From Methanocaldococcus indicus (GTDB lineage: Archaea; AGJL01; Methanococci; Methanococcales; Methanocaldococcaceae): a DNA stretch of 64,000 nt. The notes beneath the pieces were generated by a model, which saw nothing but the letters and a program-made list of their open reading frames with translations, was not told the origin of the DNA and ran no database searches. A program made the translations under genes and the position numbers. The stretch is taken from positions 960,001-1,024,000 of the forward strand of contig NZ_CP186926.1 in NCBI RefSeq assembly GCF_049554935.1. Direction: 5' to 3'. Positions 36,203-48,194 of the stretch are shown here, in pieces (the first letter of the stretch is position 1; every line of letters begins with the position of its first letter).

Positions 36203-38719
36203 TTATTTATTTTTCCCTCTTATAAACTCTAAAACTTTTTTATGCAACTCTAAAATCATTTTTCTTTTATCTGCCATGAATATGACATCTGATGAGGCCA
36301 TAACAATTAAGTTGAATGAGAATGGTGATGGGCTTGGAAGTTCTAAATAATGGATTTTTCTATTTTTAATTAATTCATAATAGTTTAGGGCATTTTCAAT
36401 ATCTAAATAGTCCTCTAAAATTTCTCTAATAGTTTCTTTGTAAAGTGGATGATTTACCTCTTTGCAATACTCCAAAAGTGCTTCAGCATTTATTTGTTGT
36501 TTTTCAACTGATAACTTTCTATTTAAGTATCTTCTTAATATTAAAAATCCTCTTGTTGCTACATGTCTAAATCTTCTCTTTAAAATTTCACTTCTCTCAA
36601 TACTTTCCTTAACATTCTTAACTATATCTATATTGAATAACTCTAATATATCTTCCTTTTCTAATTTTATGTCTTTTGGTAGAATTAATGAAAAACCATA
36701 ATCATTTACAGTTATCCTTACATTTGTCTCTTTTTTGTTAGAGAGATAGTTGGCAAAAGCTCTTGCTAATGCTTCATTAGCTCTCCTTCCAGCTACAAAA
36801 TGGAATATGTAATATCTTCTTTTTTCCTCTATAAAGCTCTCAATTAATAAATTTTTAGTATCTGGGACAAGAGCATAGTTTTTTTGCTCTTCAATATAAT
36901 TTTTTATAGCTTTTGAAGTTTTTTCATCTATATCATACTTTTTAGATATCTCTCCAACATCTAAATCTTTTACTTCTTCTCTAAATCTTTCAACATCTAA
37001 TGCTAAATCATAAGCTAATGGTAACTGTTCAGAGAACCAAGAGGGAATTGTTGGTTTTTCATTAAATACCTCTTTGACAGTTATTATATTCCCCCTACCT
37101 CCCAAAAATTTATATGTTCTTCCTCCTAAAACAAATATGTCTCCTTTCATTAACCTCTCAGCAAAGTCTTCCTCTACTTCTCCAACATACTTTCCTTCTT
37201 CATTTACAACTAAAATAGCTGTTTCATCAGGAATTGTTCCAACATTCATAAAGTATATTACTCTTGCTCTTCCTTTTTTTCCAAATTTGTTATCTTCAAA
37301 CCATATTTTAGCATAAACTTTCCTATCTTCAATACTTCCAGAGAGATATTTTATAACACTTAAAAAATCTTCTTTACTTAAATCTTTGTAAGGATATGCT
37401 TTCTTAACTAACTCATAAGCTTCATCCACATCCCACACTTTTTCCAAAGCCATTCCAATTATGTGTTGAGCTAAGACATCTAAACAATTTTTTGGGATAT
37501 GGACTCTATCTATCTTCCCAATTTTGGCATCATAAGCTAAAACAACATCCTCAACTAAATCATCTCTATCAAATGGGATAATTATTCCTTTACTCTTTTC
37601 ATCCAATCTATGCCCACTCCTACCAATTCTTTGTAGAGCTCTTGCTACACTCTTTGGAGAACCAAGAAGAACAACTAAATCAATACTTCCAATATCTATC
37701 CCCAACTCTAAGGATGTGGAACTAACACAACAAGAAAGTTCTCCTCTTTTTAGTTTATTTTCTACCTCTAACCTATGCTCTCTACTTAAAGAAGAATGAT
37801 GTGCCTCTATCCTATCAATTCCTAACCTTTTTAAATGGAAAACTACTCTTTCAGTTGCACCTCTTGTATTAGTGAAAATTAAAACTGTCTTATGCTCTTT
37901 GATAAGTTTATACAACAGTTTATACAATCTTTCTGTTATAACTTCTGTTGGAGTGTATATAAAATCATCAACAGGAGAAATTACTTTAATCTCTATCTCC
38001 TTTTTATATGAGACATCAACAATATAGCACTCTCTACCAACACCAACCAAAAACTTAGCTATCTCTTCTAATGGTGAAATAGTAGCTGACAATCCAATTC
38101 TTGTAAAGTTTGCTACTCTATTTAATCTCTCCAAAGATAGTGAGAGATGAACTCCTCTTTTATTAGTTAAGGCATGTATCTCATCAACTATAACATACTT
38201 AACATCTTCTAAAAGTTTGGAAAATTTAGGGGAATTTAGAGAGATAGCCAAAGATTCAGGAGTAGTTATTAATATGTGAGGTGGTTTTTTTAGCATCTTC
38301 TGTTTTTGGTAACTTGTGGTATCACTTGTTCTCACAGCTACTCTAATCTCATCTAACTCAATATCTAACTCCTTAGCTACTTCATAAATCTCTTTTAATG
38401 GTGTTTTTAAATTTTTCTCTATGTCATTATTTAGAGCTCTTAATGGAGAGACATAAATAATATATATTTTATCTTCTAACTTTTTTTCCATAGATAATTT
38501 TACTAACTCATTAATTCCTGCTAAGAAAGCAGATAATGTTTTTCCACTACCTGTAGGAGAGCAAATTAATACATTTTTTTTATTATGTATTTCTTTAATT
38601 GCATATCTTTGAGGAGGTGTAAATGTTTTATACTTTCTTTTAAACCATTCTTTTACTGGCTTTTCTAAAATAGAATAAATTTCCTCATCAGAATATTCTT
38701 TATTTAAATATTTTATCAT
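36203..38719 (-). CDS. lhr: Lhr-core ATP-dependent helicase
   Basis: SPTGSGKT, SPLRALNND, DEIH, SLELGID, QRIGRSGH. Confidence 0.92.
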   Translation of the reverse strand: MIKYLNKEYSDEEIYSILEKPVKEWFKRKYKTFTPPQRYAIKEIHNKKNVLICSPTGSGKTLSAFLAGINELVKLSMEKKLEDKIYIIYVSPLRALNNDIEKNLKTPLKEIYEVAKELDIELDEIRVAVRTSDTTSYQKQKMLKKPPHILITTPESLAISLNSPKFSKLLEDVKYVIVDEIHALTNKRGVHLSLSLERLNRVANFTRIGLSATISPLEEIAKFLVGVGRECYIVDVSYKKEIEIKVISPVDDFIYTPTEVITERLYKLLYKLIKEHKTVLIFTNTRGATERVVFHLKRLGIDRIEAHHSSLSREHRLEVENKLKRGELSCCVSSTSLELGIDIGSIDLVVLLGSPKSVARALQRIGRSGHRLDEKSKGIIIPFDRDDLVEDVVLAYDAKIGKIDRVHIPKNCLDVLAQHIIGMALEKVWDVDEAYELVKKAYPYKDLSKEDFLSVIKYLSGSIEDRKVYAKIWFEDNKFGKKGRARVIYFMNVGTIPDETAILVVNEEGKYVGEVEEDFAERLMKGDIFVLGGRTYKFLGGRGNIITVKEVFNEKPTIPSWFSEQLPLAYDLALDVERFREEVKDLDVGEISKKYDIDEKTSKAIKNYIEEQKNYALVPDTKNLLIESFIEEKRRYYIFHFVAGRRANEALARAFANYLSNKKETNVRITVNDYGFSLILPKDIKLEKEDILELFNIDIVKNVKESIERSEILKRRFRHVATRGFLILRRYLNRKLSVEKQQINAEALLEYCKEVNHPLYKETIREILEDYLDIENALNYYELIKNRKIHYLELPSPSPFSFNLIVMASSDVIFMADKRKMILELHKKVLEFIRGKNK

Positions 38720-38868
38720 TCTATCTCCTTAATTAATATGGCATTATTAATTTATAGTTTATAGACTATAAAAGCTATTTTTAATATTTTTAATGAATAT
38801 CTAATTTAAAAGATTTAATCTAACCTTTGGTTTTATTATAAATTAAATATATGTGTTTTGGTGATTTA

Positions 38869-39522
38869 ATGATTATCTTTGGATTATTTGGTAAAACAGG
38901 TTGTGGAAAAACTGAAATTTTAAGAAAATTAAAAAAATATCATCCTGTTATAGATATTGAAGAATGTGCAAATACAAGAGGTAGTGTATTAGGTAACTTA
39001 TACCACCTAAAACAAAGGAACCAGGAGGAGTTTGAAAAAGAGCTATATAAACAAATAAAAGAAGCTGAAAAAAGAGGATACTGTATTGTTGAATATGAAG
39101 GAAGGTTTATAGGTGGAGTAAAAAGATTAAAAATTCCTGAATTATTAGCAAATTTAGGCAATTACACATATAAGATATTGATAGAATGTCCTTATGAATG
39201 TCAAATAAAAAGGTTAGTAAGACAATACACTCCAAAAAATGAAAAAGAAAAAAGAATTTTAATTTCAAGGTTTAAATTACTAAAAAAATCATTAAAAAAA
39301 GAGGAAATTTTAAAAGCAATAGATGAAGCTATAAAACTAATTGAAAATGATGATTACTACAATGCAGCTATGTTAATAGAAGAAAAACTTTACAGATTTC
39401 ATTATTTAAGAACTTTAAAAAAAATACAGCCAGATTTAGTAGTATATATTGAAGATAATAATTTAGATAAATATGTGAAAATTATTGATGACTTTATAAA
39501 ATCTAAATTATTAGGCAGGTGA
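38869..39522 (+). CDS. tRNA 2-selenouridine synthase, P-loop subunit
   Basis: [31 protein letters not shown] as in the SelU C-domain. Confidence 0.8.
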   Translation: MIIFGLFGKTGCGKTEILRKLKKYHPVIDIEECANTRGSVLGNLYHLKQRNQEEFEKELYKQIKEAEKRGYCIVEYEGRFIGGVKRLKIPELLANLGNYTYKILIECPYECQIKRLVRQYTPKNEKEKRILISRFKLLKKSLKKEEILKAIDEAIKLIENDDYYNAAMLIEEKLYRFHYLRTLKKIQPDLVVYIEDNNLDKYVKIIDDFIKSKLLGR

Positions 39523-39526
39523 AATT

Positions 39527-40189
39527 TTGGATGAAGAAATTTTAGCAAGATTACTAACTTTTAAAGGAGATAGTGGTGTTGTTTTATCAATTGTATTGAA
39601 TGATGGTAGAAAAATGATTACTGATGGAAAAAAAATTCTTGCTGGAAAAATTAGTGGTGAGTTGGCATCATTTATTTTAAATAAATCAAGAGAAATTATT
39701 AAAAATAAAAAAATTGAAGTAGCTGAATTTAACCAATATAAAATTTATTTTGAACCAATAAATATCAAAAGGTTTTTAGATAGCATAGGAAAAGAGCTAA
39801 CAGATGAGTTAATAACAGTGGATGAATTAGAAAAAATAAAAGACAATGTTATTATTGTTGATGTTAGGTCTCCAAAAGAGTATAAAAATGGAACTATACC
39901 AAATGCTATAAATATACCTTTATTTTTAGATAATGAGTATGAGCTTATAGGTAAGATTTATAAAAATGAAGGTAAAGATAAAGCTTTAGAATTAGCTGCA
40001 AGAATTGTTGAAAGTAGTATAAGTAGAATTATGAGAGAAGTAACAAAGTTAGATAAAAGTAAAACAATTGTGGTCTTTTGTGCAAAAGGTGGTATTAGAA
40101 GCCAGGCTGTCTCTTTAATACTAAGACTTTTAGGCTTTAATGTTAAAAGATTAATTGGAGGCTTTAAAGCTTATAAACAATGTTTATAA
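39527..40189 (+). CDS. tRNA 2-selenouridine synthase, rhodanese subunit
   Basis: [40 protein letters not shown]. Confidence 0.8.
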   Translation: MDEEILARLLTFKGDSGVVLSIVLNDGRKMITDGKKILAGKISGELASFILNKSREIIKNKKIEVAEFNQYKIYFEPINIKRFLDSIGKELTDELITVDELEKIKDNVIIVDVRSPKEYKNGTIPNAINIPLFLDNEYELIGKIYKNEGKDKALELAARIVESSISRIMREVTKLDKSKTIVVFCAKGGIRSQAVSLILRLLGFNVKRLIGGFKAYKQCL

Positions 40190-40287
40190 TAAATAGATAT
40201 ATAGTTTTTGGTAATATTATTACAAAAATAAAAAAATAAAAAATTTTGGACTGTTAAAACAAAATATTTAAATATATAGGTGGAGAT

Positions 40288-41736
40288 ATGGAGAGTTATA
40301 ATAAAGTTATGATTTTTGGCTCTGGTCCAATAGTTATAGGACAAGCAGCTGAGTTTGACTTTTCTGGCTCTCAGGCATGTAAAGCCCTAAGAGAGGAAGG
40401 AATATATACAATTTTAGTAAATTCAAATCCAGCAACTATTCAGACAGATATTGAAATGGCAGACAAGGTTTATTTAGAGCCCTTACATCCCAATATAGTT
40501 GGGAAGATAATTGAAAAAGAGAGACCTGATGCAATATTACCAACAATGGGAGGACAAACAGGACTAAACTTAGCTTTGGAATTACATAGAAGAGGAATAT
40601 TGGATAAATATGGAATTAAGTTGTTAGGTTCATCTATAAAAACAATTGAAACAGCAGAAGATAGGGAGTTATTTAGAAAAGCTATGGAAGAAATTAATGA
40701 ACCAGTAACGAAATCAAAGGCTGTTAATTCAGTTGAAGAAGCATTAGAATTTGTTGAAAAAGTAGGATATCCAGTTATAGTAAGGCCAGCTTTTACCTTA
40801 GGAGGTACTGGAGGAGGAGTAGCTCATAATAGAGAGGAGTTAATAGACATAGTTGAGAAAGGTCTTAAACTTTCAATAATCAACCAGGTTTTAATTGATG
40901 AGAGTGTTCTTGGCTGGAAAGAGTTTGAGTTAGAGGTTATGAGAGATAAAAAAGACACATGTATTATAGTCTGTGGTATGGAAAATATAGACCCTATGGG
41001 AATACATACAGGAGAGAGTATTGTAGTTGCTCCTATACAAACACTTCCAGATGAGTTTTATCAAAAACTAAGAGATTCAGCTATTAAGGTTATTAGACAT
41101 CTGAAAGTAGAAGGAGGTTGTAATATACAATTTGCTGTTAATAAAGATTTAACTGAATATAGGATTATAGAGGTAAATCCAAGAGTTTCAAGAAGTTCTG
41201 CCTTAGCAAGTAAAGCAACAGGATATCCAATAGCAAGAGTAGCTGCTAAAATAGCAATTGGTAAGACATTAGATGAGATTATTAATGATGTTACTAAAAA
41301 AACTCCTGCAAGTTTTGAGCCAACAATTGATTATGTAGTTGTTAAGATTCCAAGATGGCCATTTGATAAATTTAAAGAGGTGGATAAAAGATTAACCACA
41401 TTTATGAAATCTACAGGAGAAGTTATGGCAATTGGTAGAAGCTTTGAAGAAGCTCTTCAAAAAGCTGTTAGAAGTTTAGATATTGGAAGATTTGGGCTAA
41501 TTGGAGATGGGAAGGATAAAGATTATTCTGATGAAGAAATAGAGGATATTTTAAAGAATCCAACAGATGAAAGAATCTTTGTTATAGCTAAGGCATTAGA
41601 AAAAGGTTGGAGTGTTGAGAAAATTGTTGAATTTACTAATATAGATGAGTTCTTTATTAAAAAGATTAAGAATATAGTTGATATGAAAAAAGAATTAGAA
41701 AGCTTAAAAAATGAAATAAAAAAATTAAATGCTTAA
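40288..41736 (+). CDS. carB: Carbamoyl-phosphate synthase large chain, N-terminal half (split gene)
   Basis: [33 protein letters not shown]; 482 aa only. Confidence 0.93.
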   Translation: MESYNKVMIFGSGPIVIGQAAEFDFSGSQACKALREEGIYTILVNSNPATIQTDIEMADKVYLEPLHPNIVGKIIEKERPDAILPTMGGQTGLNLALELHRRGILDKYGIKLLGSSIKTIETAEDRELFRKAMEEINEPVTKSKAVNSVEEALEFVEKVGYPVIVRPAFTLGGTGGGVAHNREELIDIVEKGLKLSIINQVLIDESVLGWKEFELEVMRDKKDTCIIVCGMENIDPMGIHTGESIVVAPIQTLPDEFYQKLRDSAIKVIRHLKVEGGCNIQFAVNKDLTEYRIIEVNPRVSRSSALASKATGYPIARVAAKIAIGKTLDEIINDVTKKTPASFEPTIDYVVVKIPRWPFDKFKEVDKRLTTFMKSTGEVMAIGRSFEEALQKAVRSLDIGRFGLIGDGKDKDYSDEEIEDILKNPTDERIFVIAKALEKGWSVEKIVEFTNIDEFFIKKIKNIVDMKKELESLKNEIKKLNA

Positions 41737-41753
41737 ATTAGTTTTTAAAATTT

Positions 41754-43424
41754 TTATTTCAAAACAGCTCCTTCATCAGCAGATGATACTAATCTTGCAT
41801 ATCTATATAGATATCCTTTTTTAACCTTTAACTCTGGCTTTTTCCATTTTGATAATCTTTCTTTTATTTCTTCTTCATCTAAATCTAAATCTAATCTTTT
41901 ATTAATCATATCTATTTTTATTATATCTCCATCCTCAACTATTGCTATTGGTCCTCCTGCCATAGCCTCTGGGGAGATATGTCCTATACAAGGTCCTCTA
42001 CTACCACCTGAAAATCTTCCATCAGTTATTAAAGCTACTTTATCATCTAATCCCATTCCACATATAGCTGATGTAGGAGCCAACATCTCTCTCATTCCTG
42101 GACCTCCGGCTGGTCCTTCATATCTTATAACTACTACCTCTCCTCCTTCAATTTCTCCATTTAATATAGCTTTAACAGCTTCTTCCTCAGAGTCATAAAC
42201 CTTAGCATAACCTTCAAATTTATACATACTCTCTTTAACAGCTGATATTTTTACAACAGCCCCATTTGGAGCAAGATTACCTCTTAAAATTCTAATTCCA
42301 GCTGTTTTGTGAATAGGATTGCCTATTGGTCTAATTATATTGTAATCTATATATTTTACTTCTTTAATTATTTCTCCAACAGTTTTTCCACTAACAGTAA
42401 GACAATTTTTTCTAATTTTTTCTTCTAAAACTTTTAAAACAGCTGGAATTCCTCCTGCTTTATGTAAATCAATTATAAAATTCTCTCCTCCAGGTCTTAA
42501 AGAGGCAATGTGAGGAACTTCTTCACTCAATCTATCAAAGTCATCCAAAGTTATAAATTTTGGCTTAATTTCATAAGCTATTGCAGGAATATGTAGAGTG
42601 GTGTTAGTTGAACCACCTAAAGCTAAATCTACTAATATAGCATTTTCAAATGATTCCTTTGTTAAGATTTTATCAGGAGTTATATTGTTCTTCACTAATT
42701 CCACAATTCTCATACCACTTCTTTTAGCAATTCTTATTTTTTCTGCTGTATTTGCATGTGAAGTAGCACAGTAAGGGAGAGATAATCCCAAAGCCTCTGT
42801 TATACATGCCATAGTATTGGCTGTGAATAAACCTGCACAACTTCCAGCTCCTGGACATGCATTGTTTTCAAGCTCTTTTAACTCTTCTTCAGAAATTTTC
42901 CCAGCTTTATACTCCCCAATACCCTCAAATACAGATATTAAATCTACTCTCTTCCCTTTACATTCTCCTGGGAACATTGCTCCTCCTGTAACAACTATAA
43001 AAGGCAATCCTGTCCTTATAGCTCCCATTATCATTCCAGGGACTATCTTATCACAACATGGAATTAAAACTAATCCATCAAATCCATGAGCCTTTGCCAT
43101 ACTTTCTACAGTATCAGCTATAATCTCTCTTGATGGGAGTGAGTATCTCATTCCTTCATGTCCCATTGCTATTCCATCACATATAGCCATAGTGTTGAAT
43201 TCAAAAGCTGTCCCTCCACTTGCATATATTCCTTTTTTAACAGCTTCTGCAATCTCTCTAAGATGAATATGTCCTGGAACTACTTCAGTAAAGCTATTTA
43301 CAACACCAATGAATGGCTTTTCAAGTTCTTCATCTGTATATCCACATGCTTTTAACAAACTTCTATGTGGAGCCCTCTCAATCCCTTTCTTTACTCTATC
43401 ACTTATCATTAATTTCCCCTCCAA
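41754..43424 (-). CDS. ilvD: Dihydroxy-acid dehydratase
   Basis: [27 protein letters not shown]. Confidence 0.96.
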   Translation of the reverse strand: MEGKLMISDRVKKGIERAPHRSLLKACGYTDEELEKPFIGVVNSFTEVVPGHIHLREIAEAVKKGIYASGGTAFEFNTMAICDGIAMGHEGMRYSLPSREIIADTVESMAKAHGFDGLVLIPCCDKIVPGMIMGAIRTGLPFIVVTGGAMFPGECKGKRVDLISVFEGIGEYKAGKISEEELKELENNACPGAGSCAGLFTANTMACITEALGLSLPYCATSHANTAEKIRIAKRSGMRIVELVKNNITPDKILTKESFENAILVDLALGGSTNTTLHIPAIAYEIKPKFITLDDFDRLSEEVPHIASLRPGGENFIIDLHKAGGIPAVLKVLEEKIRKNCLTVSGKTVGEIIKEVKYIDYNIIRPIGNPIHKTAGIRILRGNLAPNGAVVKISAVKESMYKFEGYAKVYDSEEEAVKAILNGEIEGGEVVVIRYEGPAGGPGMREMLAPTSAICGMGLDDKVALITDGRFSGGSRGPCIGHISPEAMAGGPIAIVEDGDIIKIDMINKRLDLDLDEEEIKERLSKWKKPELKVKKGYLYRYARLVSSADEGAVLK

Positions 43425-43564
43425 ATTGATAATTTTAAAAGATATGTAAGTTAATATTATTAAATACTATGTTCATAGTTGTGTTACAAATTTTCACAAA
43501 ATAGTAAATTTTATATACCAAATGAGTATTAAGTAGAAATTAGAAAGAAAAAAGGTGAAAATAT

Positions 43565-43981
43565 ATGGTTAGTGAAATAATCAAATTAATTGAAGAAGGA
43601 AAAATAGAGGAAGTGTTAAAGAAAATAGATGAAATAAAAGGAGATGCAAATTTAGAAATTGTAGCTTTAAGTTTAGTAGAGAAAGGATACTTAGATGAAG
43701 CTTTAAAAGTAGCTGAAAATATAAAATCAAGTGGTTTAAGAGATGAAGTTTTAAGAAAAATAGCTATTGCATACATTGAAAAAGGAGACATTGAAAAAGC
43801 TTTAGCCATATCTGAGAAAATTAGAACTGAGACAGACTTAGAAAAAATAGCTATGAAATTAGCAGATGTTAAGAAATATAGAGCTGCATTAAAAGTAGCT
43901 GAGAAAATTAGAAGTAGAGCTATAAAAGAAGAAATATTAATGTATATTATTAACAAATTGTTAGATGAACTTAACTACTAA
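43565..43981 (+). CDS. Helical TPR-like repeat protein
   Basis: Three repeats of L..IA....G..EAL.VAE.I. Confidence 0.75.
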   Translation: MVSEIIKLIEEGKIEEVLKKIDEIKGDANLEIVALSLVEKGYLDEALKVAENIKSSGLRDEVLRKIAIAYIEKGDIEKALAISEKIRTETDLEKIAMKLADVKKYRAALKVAEKIRSRAIKEEILMYIINKLLDELNY

Positions 43982-44081
43982 AATTATTTTTTATTTTTTT
44001 TATTTTCTTTATTTGTCTATTTAAATATTTTGACTTTCTGAGTAAAAAATTAAATTATTTACTTTTTTAAAAAAATAGAGA

Positions 44082-44859
44082 ATTTCAATTCCGAGACGGT
44101 CTTATTTTAACAAACTGCCATGTCATATTCTATGCACAGCCTATCCAATATTTCCATACCGGGACGGTCTTATTTTAACTTATTATTAAAAACCCACACA
44201 TCTCGTAGATTTAACCCATTTCCATACCGGGACGGTCTTATTTTAACTTATTATTAAAAACCCACACATCTCGTAGATTTAACCCATTTCCATACCGGGA
44301 CGGTCTTATTTTAACTTATTCTTTGGAAACCTCCCAGCTAAGCCATTTGATTTATCAAACAGTATTTCCATACCGGGACGGTCTTATTTTAACGAGGGGT
44401 GCCTCCCTGGCATTGAATTTGAATTGAGATTTCCATACCGGGACGGTCTTATTTTAACTAGTGATTACACTCCCCAAATTACTGTTGATGATGTCCAAAT
44501 TTCCATACCGGGACGGTCTTATTTTAACAATGTCTGGATGCAAAAAAATAGGGCTTAAAAATGCAATTTCCATACCGGGACGGTCTTATTTTAACTTAGG
44601 TTTAGCAACACCAGATACACTTGACATACCTAATTTCCATACCGGGACGGTCTTATTTTAACCATGACTGTGAAGAATGTAAAAAACTATATGTCATTTC
44701 CATACCGGGACGGTCTTATTTTAACGCTCTGGAAAAGGCTGGTGGATATACTAACACATATCTATTTCCATACCGGGACGGTCTTATTTTAACTGAACTA
44801 ATTAAAAAAGTAAATTCTGAAATTATCAAATTTCCATACCGGGACGGTCTTATTTTAAC
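44082..44859 (-). CRISPR. CRISPR array: 12 repeats (30 bp), 11 spacers (33-48 bp)
   Basis: atttccataccgggacggtcttattttaac x11 plus divergent distal repeat at 44082; leader on the right. Confidence 0.98.
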
Positions 44860-45251
44860 AGGAGGCACATTTTAGACATAATAATATAGCAACGTTCCCA
44901 TATATAAGCTTTTTGGTGCTAAAATTTTCGAAGGGTAGGTTTCCCTATTCATTTATATACCATCGAACTTTTATAAAAATCTTTCTATTCCATATTTTTC
45001 AATTAAAAACTTTTTATATCTAAAAACTAAACCAATTTATCAGGGATTTTTAAATATTAAAAGAAACAACAAAAAACTTCAAAAAATCTCAGTAAATTAT
45101 ATAATCAAAATATATAGAATATTAAAAATATAGACCCCCTCTGAATTTCCCTAAAAATCCTCTAAATTAAAAATATCCTTCTAAAATCCAATAAAATCAA
45201 AAAATAAAAATTTTTAGCGTGATAATTGTCATCTGAATATTTAAATTAATG
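44860..45251 (-). promoter_or_regulatory. CRISPR leader 2
   Basis: Homologous to 7329-7713; TATA-like gcttatatatg on minus strand. Confidence 0.85.
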
Positions 45252-45321
45252 AAATCGTTAAGTTTTTATTAAAAATCTTTTAGATACACAAATAAAAAAA
45301 TAACGAATTGTGTGAAAAATT

Positions 45322-46101
45322 ATGGAGTTTGCAATATCATCATTAGTTTTTTTGCCAGAAAGGTTGGAATCATCTATAGAGAAGATTGTAGAGAATAACT
45401 TTAAATATTGGGAAGTAGTTTGTGAAGGACACCACTACCTTACCCCAAAAAATATAAAGACACTTTTAAGATTTAGAGATGAGTATAATATTTCATATAC
45501 TGTCCATGCTCCATTCTCTGACCTAAATCCTGCATCAATGAATGAAAAAGTTAGGAAGTTGGTTATAGAATGTATTAGTGATGCTATTGAAGGAGCTTAT
45601 GAATTAGATGCCAATATTGTGGTTATACATCCTGGCTATATTCCAGAACTTTGGAAAGATTTTAAAGATGATATCTTAGATAACAACTTTACAACAATTT
45701 TAAAAATTGTTGAAATTGCAGAGGATTATGATATAATTTTAGGTTTAGAAAATATGCCAAATTTTAGAGGAGTACTTTGCCAAAAGTTAGAGGATGTTTT
45801 AGAAATCATTAGAGAAATTGACTCAAAACATCTAAAAATGACTTTGGATGTAGGTCATGCTAATACAGTTGGTGATGTAAAAGATTTTATAAATAAGGAG
45901 ATTGTCCATATTCATATCCATGATAATAATGGAGTGGAGGATGAACATCTTCCTGTTGGAGAAGGTAATATTAACTTTGAAGAATTCTTTAAAGAGTTGA
46001 AAAAGATAAATTATAAAGGAATACTAACATTAGAAAATAAAAATATAAGAGATGCCATAAAAAGTAGAAAAAACATAATGGATATTCTTAAAAAAATTTA
46101 A
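45322..46101 (+). CDS. Sugar-phosphate isomerase/AP-endonuclease-2 TIM barrel protein
   Basis: VHAPFSDLN, IHPG, LENM, DVGHA, HIHDN..DEHL. Confidence 0.85.
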   Translation: MEFAISSLVFLPERLESSIEKIVENNFKYWEVVCEGHHYLTPKNIKTLLRFRDEYNISYTVHAPFSDLNPASMNEKVRKLVIECISDAIEGAYELDANIVVIHPGYIPELWKDFKDDILDNNFTTILKIVEIAEDYDIILGLENMPNFRGVLCQKLEDVLEIIREIDSKHLKMTLDVGHANTVGDVKDFINKEIVHIHIHDNNGVEDEHLPVGEGNINFEEFFKELKKINYKGILTLENKNIRDAIKSRKNIMDILKKI

Positions 46102-46117
46102 AAAATTTAGTGAGAAT

Positions 46118-47333
46118 ATGCAGAGACCAAAAGGAACAAGAGATTTTCTTCCTGAGGAGATGAAAAAAAAGGAGATATATAGAAAAAAAATTAAGAGAAG
46201 TTTTTGAAAGTTATGGTTATGAAGAAATATTAACTCCAACTTTTGAACACTTTGAATTAATAGCTAAAAAAACTGGAGAGGAGATAAGAAAACAACTATA
46301 TGTCTTTAAAGATTATGGAGGCAGAGAACTTGCTTTAAGACCTGAACTAACTTCTCCTGTGGCAAGATTGTATTTAAATGAACTAAGATACTTACAAAAA
46401 CCACTTAGATTGTATTATTTTGCAAACTGTTTTAGGTATGAGAATCCTCAGCATGGAAGATATAGAGAGTTTTGGCAGATGGGTTGTGAGTTGATTGGCT
46501 CAAAAAGCCCTTTAGCAGATAGTGAAGTTATTAACTTAGCTATGGATGGTTTAGAAAAAATAAAATTAGATTATGATATCCACATAAGTCATTTAGGTAT
46601 CTTAAAAGGAATATTTAAGAAATTTAATATTTCAGAAGAAGATGAAATAAAAATAAGGAGATTGATGGATAAGGAAGATTATGAAAATTTAGATAAATAT
46701 TTATCTACTATCTTAGATGATGATAAGAAAAATTTAATATTTGATATATTGAATCTAAAAGGAAAGGATGTATTAGATGAATTAAAAGAGATGTTAAAAG
46801 ATTTTGAAGATTCTTTAAAAGCTATTGAAAATTTAGAAGAGATTTTAAGCTATCTATATTATGATAACTATACAATAAACTTAGGAATAGCAAGAGGTTT
46901 AGATTACTATACTGGGATGGTTTTTGAAATATACTGTAAGGGAAAGCAGATATGTGGTGGAGGAAGATATGACAACTTAATAGAAACATTTGGGAATGAA
47001 AGTGTTCCAGCTGTAGGATTTGCTTATGGATTTGATAGAATTATGTTATATGTTGATGTAGATATAGAGGAAGAAAGATACTTAATAGTTCCTCTAAAAA
47101 AAGAATTAATAAAAGAAGCTTTGGAAATTGCTAAACTGTTGAGAGAGAAGGGAAAAATTGTTGAGTTTGAAGTTATGAACAGAAAGTTAAAAAAAGCCCT
47201 TGACTATGCAAACAATAAAGGAATATCAAAGGTTATAATTGTTGGAGAAAGAGAAATAAAAGAAAATAAAGTAACTATAAAAGATTTAAGAACAGGAGAA
47301 CAGAAAACAGTTTCTATTGAGGAGATTGAATGA
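46118..47333 (+). CDS. hisS: Histidyl-tRNA synthetase, apparent +1 frameshift in A8 run
   Basis: [12 protein letters not shown] at 46118; removing one A at 46163-46170 joins it to [25 protein letters not shown]. Confidence 0.92.
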
Positions 47334-48178
47334 TAGTAATTTTATCTCCTGAGGGAAAAAGTGAAACAATATATAGAATTAAAAGAGAAGTAAATAAATT
47401 AGGTGAGAAATGTAATATTTTTTTGTTAAATAGTAATAACTATATTTTAGACTTAGATTTTAATATAGAGTGCGATTTAATACATCCAAGATGTGGAATA
47501 GGATTTTATAATAATAGAATAACTCTTTACTCCTGGCAGTTTATGAACTCTTTGGATTGTAAGTTTATAAATCCTTTAGATATAGTATATTTAACATCTG
47601 ACAAATTCAAGACATTAAAGATTTTAAAAAAAAAGGTTTTAGTTCCTAAGACAGCATTAGTTAGAGATTTTGAAGATGCTATTAAATTTATGGAAAAGAA
47701 TAATCTAAATTTTCCAATTGTTGTCAAGAGCAATTTTTCAAAATGTGGAGAAACTGTTTTTAAAGCAAATAATTTAGAAGAGCTCAAAAATCTAACAAAA
47801 AATGCTCTTTGGGATTCTATATTAGTTCAGGAATATATTGATTTCAAATCAAATGGAGTATTTAAAGATATTAGAGTTTTAGTATTGGATGGAGAGATTG
47901 TTGGAGCTTATAGTAGAGTTAGTAAGGATTTTAGAACTAATTTATATTTAGGGAATAAAGTTGAAAATGTAGAATTAAATAAAGATATTGAGGATATAGT
48001 TGAAAAATGTTATTCTTTAGTTGAAGCTCCAATTTTAGGAATAGATATTCTACCTACAAAAGATGGCTATTATGTTTTAGAGCTAAATTCTGCACCAGGG
48101 ACTAAGGGATTTAGAGAGTTGAATAAAAATGTTGATAAAGAGATAGCCAAACTTTTAGTAGAATATGCCAAAAAATAG
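47330..48178 (+). CDS. RimK-like ATP-grasp ligase (probably CofF-type glutamate ligase)
   Basis: [24 protein letters not shown]. Confidence 0.75.
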   Translation: MIVILSPEGKSETIYRIKREVNKLGEKCNIFLLNSNNYILDLDFNIECDLIHPRCGIGFYNNRITLYSWQFMNSLDCKFINPLDIVYLTSDKFKTLKILKKKVLVPKTALVRDFEDAIKFMEKNNLNFPIVVKSNFSKCGETVFKANNLEELKNLTKNALWDSILVQEYIDFKSNGVFKDIRVLVLDGEIVGAYSRVSKDFRTNLYLGNKVENVELNKDIEDIVEKCYSLVEAPILGIDILPTKDGYYVLELNSAPGTKGFRELNKNVDKEIAKLLVEYAKK

Positions 48179-48194
48179 AAGTTAGGTTTTATTT

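Noticed and set aside
38851-41736. Split selU and half-length carB as novelties
   Set aside because: Both split arrangements are known in Methanococcales
44112-44829. Self-targeting spacers or coding-strand bias
   Set aside because: No convincing match in the window other than the 10-nt overlap reported; open frames in ~38-nt spacers are uninformative
44461-44875. ORFs of 66 and 84 aa in the CRISPR array
   Set aside because: Translations of repeat-spacer units
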